DNA from: a virus
Reading direction: 5' to 3' (one strand)
IMG/VR virus record: IMGVR_UViG_3300050120_000169
Location: 1 to 64,000 of that record
DNA: 64,000 bases
The stretch's first letter is position 1; each line of letters opens with the position of its first letter. The notes below the pieces were generated by a model. It was not told where the DNA came from. It searched no databases and saw nothing but the letters and a program-made list of their open reading frames with translations. The position numbers were made by a program, and so were the translations under genes. Shown here one piece after another: positions 57,294 through 64,000 of the stretch.

Positions 57294-58109
57294 ATGACCG
57301 ACGAAGTAATGACAGACGCAGAAGAACAGCAACCCCTCGAAAAAGTTGACGTAGGGGTGAAATCCAAAGGCAAGGCCACGGGTAACACCATCGCAGACGT
57401 GGCGGCCAAGGTCGAAGGACTGACCAAAACCAAAGCCCGCAATCGTGCCGACGAACTGGCTGAAAACATCGAAGCCAATTACTTCGAACTGGGCGGCGTG
57501 CTGAAGGTGATCATGGATAACGGGTGGTTCGAAGGCTATGACAGCTTCCAAACCTTCGTGTTTGAACGCTATGGTTTCCAGAAGCGCAAGGCCGAGTACC
57601 TGATGGGTCTGTATGACCATCTGGTGACCAAGCAAATCCCGTGGGAAAAAGTCGCACATCTGGGTTGGACTAAGGTTGCAATCCTGGCCTCTGTACTGAC
57701 GCTCGAAAACCTTGACGAATGGGTGGCACGAGCCGAAGCATCGACGGTGCTGCAATTGACGGCTATGATCAAGGCCAAACCAGAAAGCGGCGGCGAGTCC
57801 ACCACCAGTGACGAGGTGGTTACGCTCAAGTACAAGTTTCACAAGGATCAGGCTGAAACGATCCAAACCGGGCTTGCCAAGGCCAAGGGCGATTTCCAGA
57901 CCGAGTATGATACGGTCGCAATGGAAAACGTGTTTGCTGGCTATCTGGCAGGGCAATTCGGCGCGGCACCTTCAGCAGGGGGCGACCTCAAGGCGATCAT
58001 GAAGGACGCTGGGTGGGAAGCCGTCTTGGGAGCTTTCGATGAACTGTTCCCCGAAATCAATCTGGCAGTAACGCTACCCGGTACGGACGCCGAGCAAGCA
58101 GCGGCGTAA
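57294..58109 (+). CDS. Putative HTH DNA-binding protein (DUF3102/partition-protein-like)
   Basis: YFELGGVL..I....GYDSFQTFV.ERYG..KRKA.YLM..Y, LGWTK; ATG 57294 after GGAG. Confidence 0.55.
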   Translation: MTDEVMTDAEEQQPLEKVDVGVKSKGKATGNTIADVAAKVEGLTKTKARNRADELAENIEANYFELGGVLKVIMDNGWFEGYDSFQTFVFERYGFQKRKAEYLMGLYDHLVTKQIPWEKVAHLGWTKVAILASVLTLENLDEWVARAEASTVLQLTAMIKAKPESGGESTTSDEVVTLKYKFHKDQAETIQTGLAKAKGDFQTEYDTVAMENVFAGYLAGQFGAAPSAGGDLKAIMKDAGWEAVLGAFDELFPEINLAVTLPGTDAEQAAA

Positions 58110-58118
58110 CGCGTCTCC

Positions 58119-58191
58119 AGCACTGCTTCATTCCCCATGGGGCAGTGCTTTTCTAGCGGGAAGGCTTTTTAACCCGGCCTTCCCCTTTTTT
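58119..58191 (+). terminator. Tandem Rho-independent terminators
   Basis: AGCACTGC...GCAGTGCT-TTT and GGGAAGGC...GCCTTCCC-CTTTTTT. Confidence 0.7.
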
Positions 58192-58212
58192 ACCTCTAAA
58201 GGAGTAGATGCC

Positions 58213-58491
58213 GTGTCGGTAACCATTATCCGGCCCGTTTCATCGCCCAAAACTCCGCCCGTTGCAGATCCTGCTGTACCCCACGAGTACAATATTCTTG
58301 ATGCCCTTGCTGAATTGCATTCGCATAAAGGTACGCTTATGCTCGTACACCGGAGTTCACCAGAGGCTTATCAGGTGCTGGCGTACGACAAAGACACCGG
58401 ACGGGTTAAGTTGAAAGGCCCACACGGGCAATTGCTGCACCCTGTTGTGACGGCGCGTGAAGCTGCGCTATACACCCCGTTGTGGAGGTAG
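58213..58491 (+). CDS. Hypothetical protein
   Basis: ORF with AGGAG RBS. Confidence 0.55.
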   Translation: MSVTIIRPVSSPKTPPVADPAVPHEYNILDALAELHSHKGTLMLVHRSSPEAYQVLAYDKDTGRVKLKGPHGQLLHPVVTAREAALYTPLWR

Positions 58492-58494
58492 AAC

Positions 58495-58713
58495 GTGAAC
58501 AAAGAGCAAGTACTTCAGGAGCTAGTGGGTAAGCTGCGTGAGCTTGACCTTGATGACGGAGTGGTTGGCATCATTGCCGTCAAAGGCCGCAACGAAACCA
58601 CGACCGTGCAGGCATTCAGCACGGCTCATAACAGTTTGATGGCGATTGACTACGCCCAGATCGTGCTCGATATAGCGTCGGCTATCAAACACCGAGTTCG
58701 GTCCATCGTCTAA
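58495..58713 (+). CDS. Hypothetical protein
   Basis: ORF with GGAGG RBS. Confidence 0.5.
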   Translation: MNKEQVLQELVGKLRELDLDDGVVGIIAVKGRNETTTVQAFSTAHNSLMAIDYAQIVLDIASAIKHRVRSIV

Positions 58714-58714
58714 T

Positions 58715-59179
58715 ATGCTAAGCAAAGAACAAGCAGCCAAATATATGGTACTCGCATGGCTGAAGGATTGGTCCGTGCGGCTGTACCTGGGCACAATTTA
58801 CCAGACGAACATTCCAGAAGATCCAAAGCAAATCCATAAGGATTACCCTTGGATGCCAGTGTTGGAAAGTTTGTATTTCCATGGCCGAGGTCGTAAGTAT
58901 TGCCGTACCTTTATTGCAATGACTTACCCAGATCTGAATAATGCCCTATGCGACGCGGCGGATAATAAGGCGCTGTTGGCTTTGGCTCCGCGCATCTTGG
59001 GCCTGAATAACAAGAATATCCAACTGCAAACGATGTTGCGGAAACCAGATTATGCTGAATGTAAGCGTAGTCAGCTTGACTTTCAGGCAAATCGGATGAT
59101 GTCGGACAGCAAGCGGGAAGAACGAAAAAATGCCCTTCGTAGTAACTGGGGAACCGTTAAAGGGAAATGTAACTCATGA
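58715..59179 (+). CDS. Hypothetical protein
   Basis: Coupled ORF upstream of the modification cluster. Confidence 0.55.
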   Translation: MLSKEQAAKYMVLAWLKDWSVRLYLGTIYQTNIPEDPKQIHKDYPWMPVLESLYFHGRGRKYCRTFIAMTYPDLNNALCDAADNKALLALAPRILGLNNKNIQLQTMLRKPDYAECKRSQLDFQANRMMSDSKREERKNALRSNWGTVKGKCNS

Positions 59180-59850
59180 AAACCCTTATTGTGTCTTGCC
59201 ACCCTGATGACGAAGCGATTAGTTGCGGGGGGTTGATTCAGAACCGCTTACGGGACGGCCACAGGGTATTTGTGTTGGCGATGTGTGGCCGGTATTACCA
59301 GTACCCAGATCCCGATAAGATGAAAGAGCTACGTCAGGCCCAGCACGCTGAGCTACAGGCTAGTTTGAATGTCCTGGGTAAGAATTATCTGGACCAGATA
59401 GCCTACGATTTTTGTGATTACTCCAATGGCGAACCCACCAAGGAGGGGTATCACAAGTGGCTGGACGTGATTGAAGACCACCTCGTACGGGGGTACGATG
59501 AAGTGGTTATTCCAAATCCCTACGATAACCATCAAGACCACCGGCATTTGCACGAGTGCTGTAAAATCGCCCTGCGCTCGTACAACCTGGGCGCGGTTAA
59601 GCGGATCCTGATGTGGCACGCCCTAGACGGTAGCTATCAGGAACGGTCAACATGGTTCGAACCTATGACCCTCGGCCAGCTTGAAAATAAGAAGAACGCC
59701 CTGTTGTGTTACCGCACTGAAGTACGGCCCCTGCCACACCCTAGGGCACTGGATAACCTTGATGCTCACGCACGAGTAACCGGTAGTCAGGCAGGGTTGC
59801 TGTACGCCGAGCCTTTTACCGTCTATATGATTCGTGGAGAATTAGAATGA
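59176..59850 (+). CDS. PIG-L/LmbE-family N-acetylsugar deacetylase
   Basis: IVSCHPDDEAISCGGLI, D.HQDH, K..AL.CY..E, YAE.F. Confidence 0.9.
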   Translation: MKTLIVSCHPDDEAISCGGLIQNRLRDGHRVFVLAMCGRYYQYPDPDKMKELRQAQHAELQASLNVLGKNYLDQIAYDFCDYSNGEPTKEGYHKWLDVIEDHLVRGYDEVVIPNPYDNHQDHRHLHECCKIALRSYNLGAVKRILMWHALDGSYQERSTWFEPMTLGQLENKKNALLCYRTEVRPLPHPRALDNLDAHARVTGSQAGLLYAEPFTVYMIRGELE

Positions 59851-60539
59851 AAATCGAACAAATTGATGTGAGTTTGGCGTCGGCTCAGGCATCGTCAAAT
59901 TTCTTTAACGCGTTGTCGAAAGTGTACGATCTGTCGAATATGGAGGTGCTCGATGCCTTCGCCCGTAATGGGCAACTGACGGTTAGCCATTATGCCCACT
60001 GGGTAAAGGCCGTAGACTGTTGGGAGTTTTGCGATGAGCATCGGGAGGCGCTGCAATCAATTGCGGGTGTGCGTGAGGTGGTAATCGGCTGTTCGTATGA
60101 CTTGTCCGATGCCGAACGTATCATGGAAGTGAGCAAGTACGACATGGTGGTAATTGATGCCCCACAAAGCTTCCATAACAGTAATCACGGTGGTCCGATG
60201 TGTGGGCATTTGGATTTTCTGACGGACTACACCGAACACCTGTTGAAAGACCGGGCACTGGTTATGTTGTACGTCAACAAGGTGCCTTACGATCCGGCGA
60301 AGGAAGGACACCACGGGCTAGACTCGTACGAGAACTTCGATTTTGATATGTGGATGAAGCGCCGATTAGAGTTTTACGGCTGGGTGGACATCAATGAGCA
60401 GGTTGCCTTACAGGCCTACGAGGATGTTTTTCACCGGATGGGCCGCAAGATCAAGTCGGTTTTCATGCACCCCCTGCCGGATAATGTTCCCGGCAAACCG
60501 CCTGCATTCTATATGGTGCTCGAAACGGTCAAGGTATAG
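59847..60539 (+). CDS. SAM-dependent methyltransferase-like protein
   Basis: VLDAFARNG, WE, YDMVVIDAP Rossmann motifs. Confidence 0.6.
   Translation: MKIEQIDVSLASAQASSNFFNALSKVYDLSNMEVLDAFARNGQLTVSHYAHWVKAVDCWEFCDEHREALQSIAGVREVVIGCSYDLSDAERIMEVSKYDMVVIDAPQSFHNSNHGGPMCGHLDFLTDYTEHLLKDRALVMLYVNKVPYDPAKEGHHGLDSYENFDFDMWMKRRLEFYGWVDINEQVALQAYEDVFHRMGRKIKSVFMHPLPDNVPGKPPAFYMVLETVKV
60051..60066. repeat. Dispersed palindrome copy 17
   Basis: CTGCAATCAATTGCGG, in CDS. Confidence 0.9.
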
Positions 60540-60541
60540 AC

Positions 60542-61972
60542 ATGAAAATTCTTGTGGATCCGGTCTACACCCAGCGTGTTCGCATTTGCTCCGGCAGCTA
60601 TCTTGCGTGGCAGATAGTCGAGGAAATGAGCAAGCGCCGCGAGGATGTATTTTTCTATATGATCCTGCCCGAAGAAAAAATGGAGCAGGCGGACTGGGAT
60701 TGGATCAACAGTAGGCCCTACCGCGACCGAGTTACGCTGCTAGACATGTACACCAATCCGGTGGATCGGTTGAGTGAGTTGTACATGCTGCGCGATGGCT
60801 TGCATAAAATCTTGCACCCGCTTAACCGTAATACCTGGGATATCGATATTGTGGTCAGTGGCCGGATCCCGGTGTTGAAACATATGATGATCCACAGTAG
60901 TAGACCGGGCGGTAAGCTACGTAGTGCCAGGGCGTTCTTTGGCACTGACAACATGCCCTGCCTGCCTGGACGGGACACAGTTCCGTGGCATGAGCACGCG
61001 TACGCCGACACGATTATGTCCTATGCTATGTCGGACGGAATCTTGATCAGTGGTATGTGGATGAAGAAGCTGATCGCGCACACGGCCCGTGAAGTATTGT
61101 CACCAGCTTGGCAGAAACGTGCGTTGGCAAACGTGTACGGCGCGAACCTGATCAAGCTGGAGCGGCTCAAGATGGGACGAGATTATGTTCCCGGTAAGGA
61201 TTTCAATATCGGCTTTACCGGGCGCATTACCGGCACTCGGAATTTTGAGGGGGTGGCTGAGTTATTCCGTAAGCAATTCAGTTTCCCGCTTGGGCCAAAC
61301 AAGGCCTGCCTTAAATTCAGTATCAGTACGAACAGTCAGTGTGTTGGGGCGGCTGACGCGGGGGAGATCGATTTTATCGACTATCAGATGAATGACCGGG
61401 CGGCCTTTTACACATTTTTGGAGACCCAGCATCTGGTGGTCAACTTGAGTTCTACCGAGGACTTTTCGATTACCACGCACGAGACGTTGCGGCATGGCGT
61501 GCCGATGATTGTGTATGATCGGCCCTGGACTGAATTTTTAGGCCCAGACTACCCGTTCCGGGTAAAGGGTGAAACCGAGGCCTATGCATTGATTAACGCG
61601 TTTGTGGCCGATTATCCGAAGATGTACAAGCTATTCTCGGATTGGGAAAGCACTTGGTGGAAGAACTATGTGGAAAGTCCTGAAACCAACGTGACTACCA
61701 GCGAAAAGTTGATTCAACTGATCAATGATTTCGAAATCAAGCGGGCCGAGGCATTCCTTAAGCAGGGGGCTATGGCACGGGAGCGGCTGCAATCAATTGC
61801 GGAAACCGAACTGGATTTGACCGAGATAGCCTTTGAAAGCATCCCCAAAGGCGACCGGGTAACATCGCTGGCGCTGGGGCGTGTACCTAATACCTTGGTG
61901 TGGAAAGTCATTGCATACGAACTTGGTTATACTGATACAGCTAAAACCGGCATTATGGTAAGGAAGACCTAA
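60542..61972 (+). CDS. GT-B fold glycosyltransferase
   Basis: MKILVD N-terminus, IGFTGR, S.TEDFSITTHETL.HGVP.I (E-x7-E motif). Confidence 0.75.
   Translation: MKILVDPVYTQRVRICSGSYLAWQIVEEMSKRREDVFFYMILPEEKMEQADWDWINSRPYRDRVTLLDMYTNPVDRLSELYMLRDGLHKILHPLNRNTWDIDIVVSGRIPVLKHMMIHSSRPGGKLRSARAFFGTDNMPCLPGRDTVPWHEHAYADTIMSYAMSDGILISGMWMKKLIAHTAREVLSPAWQKRALANVYGANLIKLERLKMGRDYVPGKDFNIGFTGRITGTRNFEGVAELFRKQFSFPLGPNKACLKFSISTNSQCVGAADAGEIDFIDYQMNDRAAFYTFLETQHLVVNLSSTEDFSITTHETLRHGVPMIVYDRPWTEFLGPDYPFRVKGETEAYALINAFVADYPKMYKLFSDWESTWWKNYVESPETNVTTSEKLIQLINDFEIKRAEAFLKQGAMARERLQSIAETELDLTEIAFESIPKGDRVTSLALGRVPNTLVWKVIAYELGYTDTAKTGIMVRKT
61787..61802. repeat. Dispersed palindrome copy 18
   Basis: CTGCAATCAATTGCGG, in CDS. 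Confidence 0.9.
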
Positions 61973-62824
61973 ATGGATGCGCTGGAAAAGACCAAAGCCC
62001 TAGGCCGTGTTTTTCTGCCGGTGGAAGCGCTTGAGCCAAATAAAGATAACCCAAACACGATGTCGGACGCAGAATTTAATATGTTGTCCGATAACATCGA
62101 GAAGACTGGGATTACCGATCCAATTTTTGTTCGGCTTATTTCGCCAGGACAGTACCGTATTGTCGGTGGACACCACCGCTGGGAAGTGGCAAAGCTCCTG
62201 GGGTTTGTTGAAGTCCCATGCACTGTGATCGATGATCCCGAGTTCGATGATGATGCAGAAAAGTATCAAATGGTGCGTATGAACGTGATTCGAGGTCGCA
62301 TGACCCCGGATAAGTTCCTTAAGTTGTACAACAGTCTCAATAAGAAGCATGGGGCTGAAATCATGGCCGAGGCCTTCGGTTTTGTTGACGAAGAACAGTT
62401 CAAGAAGCTCACCAAGCAGATGAGCGCTACCTTACCACCGGAACTCCAAGGGGATTTTGAGAAGGCGGCCAAAGAAATCAAGACTATCGACGGCCTCTCT
62501 AAACTACTTAACGGGATGTTCAGTAAATATGGTAATACTCTCGACTATAACTTTATGTTGCTAGATTATGGCGGGAGAGATAGTGTGTGGATTCGTATGG
62601 CAGCTTCTGAAAAGAAAAAGCTGGTGTCCTTAGGGTATAAATGTGTAGATGGGTCGGTTAGTTTGGATTCTGTGTTGAATGGGTTGATTGACTTTTCTTT
62701 ATCAGACAAAGGTAGCCAGATATTGGCTCAATTGATAAAAGAAGGGAAGAAAGTTACACTTTCGGATGGGATTGAATTACCCACTCTGGAGAATTTAGAT
62801 GAGCACCCTAAAGGGCACTATTAG
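61973..62824 (+). CDS. ParB/Srx N-terminal domain protein
   Basis: L.PN..NPN.M...EF..L...I...G..DPI.V, YRIVGGHHRW..AK.LG..EVPC. Confidence 0.85.
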   Translation: MDALEKTKALGRVFLPVEALEPNKDNPNTMSDAEFNMLSDNIEKTGITDPIFVRLISPGQYRIVGGHHRWEVAKLLGFVEVPCTVIDDPEFDDDAEKYQMVRMNVIRGRMTPDKFLKLYNSLNKKHGAEIMAEAFGFVDEEQFKKLTKQMSATLPPELQGDFEKAAKEIKTIDGLSKLLNGMFSKYGNTLDYNFMLLDYGGRDSVWIRMAASEKKKLVSLGYKCVDGSVSLDSVLNGLIDFSLSDKGSQILAQLIKEGKKVTLSDGIELPTLENLDEHPKGHY

Positions 62825-63320
62825 AAAAGCTGGGAAGAAAGTAAGGGATTGGTTAGGTGATATTAAAGCTGTGCAATTGATTGCGGAAGGGTGCGGTGAA
62901 TGTATGCCCTATACTGGTCGAGTAGATAAAAACGGGTATGGTAGATGCCCCTGGGAAGGGGTTGGAAATACTTTAACGCATCGGTTAGCCTATGCAGTGG
63001 CTCATGACTTATCACTAACAGATATCGAGGGTGTAGTGGTTCGACACACTTGTGATAACCCTCCGTGTTGTAACCCTAATCATTTAGTTGTCGGGACACA
63101 CGGGGATAATTGCAAAGATAAAATTATTCGCGGAAGACTTCCGGTTGGAGAAGACGCAGGTCCGTCTAAATTGACCGAAGCCCAAGTTAGAGAAATTAAA
63201 ACTAGATTATTGGGCGGAGAACGTGGCAAAGTGTTAGCAAAAGAGTTTGGCGTCCACGTGATGACGATTAGTGATATCAAGCGTGGGGCCACATGGAGGC
63301 ATGTAAATGTCCAAGTTTAA
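62799..63320 (+). mobile_element. HNH homing endonuclease with C-terminal HTH
   Basis: GYG, THRLAY, VVRHTCDNPPCCNPNHL..GT..DN..D...RGR. Confidence 0.9.
62871..62886. repeat. Dispersed palindrome copy 19
   Basis: GTGCAATTGATTGCGG, inside HNH gene. Confidence 0.9.
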
Positions 63321-63789
63321 GCGTATCGAAGAACTGCCTGCCACAGTGCTATTGGATGTGCGGGCGGGTATATACGAGCCGATAATCCTGGCCCAGTACT
63401 TGCAAAAGCAGGGGTATTTTACTGACGTAGCCGAGGCTACCTTGACCCAATTAGTTGGGGCTTATCGCAAAAGTTTGAAGATCCCCGAGGGGACTTCCGA
63501 AGACTCGGTGCCTGACGAGTTCAACCCCCTGGCAGAAATCCTGGCAGTAGCCAAACAGCAGAAAGAACGCGTCCGGCTGGCAGTGTCTAAAGAAAAAGAA
63601 ATCAATATGCCGCTCGACGCCACGAACAAGGTGATTCAAGAGTACCAGCAGACATTAGCGCTCATGCAGAAGATGCAGATCGAACGTGATTTGGCAGATA
63701 CTAAGGTAAAACTACCAGCGGGATCCAATAATGTGACGGCTCGTATCAAAGATATGATGCGCTGGGCGAACACGCAAGACCGAGAGTAA
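63307..63789 (+). CDS. Possible terminase small subunit
   Basis: N-terminal RIEELP helical/HTH-like region + coiled coil; follows the ParB gene. Confidence 0.35.
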   Translation: MSKFKRIEELPATVLLDVRAGIYEPIILAQYLQKQGYFTDVAEATLTQLVGAYRKSLKIPEGTSEDSVPDEFNPLAEILAVAKQQKERVRLAVSKEKEINMPLDATNKVIQEYQQTLALMQKMQIERDLADTKVKLPAGSNNVTARIKDMMRWANTQDRE

Positions 63790-63794
63790 CGGGT

Positions 63795-64000
63795 ATGAAA
63801 ATTATTGCTGAGAGGCATAAGGACGGACACCGGCAGTGGTTGTGTGTCTGCTTGTGTGGTAAAGAGGGGTGGTTCAAGGCCTCCCCCGGCACTGCTGGGC
63901 CACCAGAAACTTGTAGATGCAACAAGACAGTAGTGGTAAATCCCAAGAAGGTGGGTGCCCCCAACTTCCGCCATGGAAAATCGACCACCAGAGTCCATGT
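63795..64000 (+). CDS. Partial ORF, N-terminus of a further homing endonuclease
   Basis: WLCVCLCGK...TCRC...RHGKSTT; runs off the window end. Confidence 0.5.
   Translation, partial: MKIIAERHKDGHRQWLCVCLCGKEGWFKASPGTAGPPETCRCNKTVVVNPKKVGAPNFRHGKSTTRVH

Noticed and set aside
1777-62886. CRISPR array, REP elements or terminators as the explanation for the 16-bp repeat
   Set aside because: Copies are kilobases apart, mostly inside CDSs, with no spacers or U-tracts.
1-64000. Integrated prophage with host flanks, or a diversity-generating retroelement
   Set aside because: No integrase, att site, host genes, reverse transcriptase or TR/VR pair seen in the window.

Overview
A 64 kb segment of a tailed dsDNA phage genome (contractile-tail myovirus type; sigma70 promoters and lipoproteins suggest a Gram-negative host). 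Essentially all real genes are on the + strand. Layout: 0.1-6.8 kb accessory fibre/membrane genes and a patatin; 6.9-34.4 kb virion module (portal, head morphogenesis, ART+Nudix+protease polyprotein, scaffold, capsid, neck, sheath, tube, frameshifting chaperone, tape measure, baseplate, fibres); 34.4-35.8 kb lysis; 35.8-59 kb early/replication/recombination genes; 59-63 kb a deacetylase-methyltransferase-glycosyltransferase-ParB cluster; then a probable small terminase. No large terminase, DNA polymerase or integrase is visible. Main signals not explained by the gene list: (1) a 16-bp quasi-palindrome (core GCAATYRATTGC) seen 19 times, inside and between genes, never more than about 6.3 kb apart, including beside two promoters; (2) two adjacent circularly permuted tRNA-like RNAs (Y RNA/YrlA-like topology) at 45.3-46.2 kb, one with an HNH gene in its acceptor-stem loop, with no Ro60 gene in the window; (3) a tRNA-Asn split by an HNH ORF; (4) a candidate sugar-based DNA hypermodification cluster. 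All calls come from reading motifs by eye; no searches were run.
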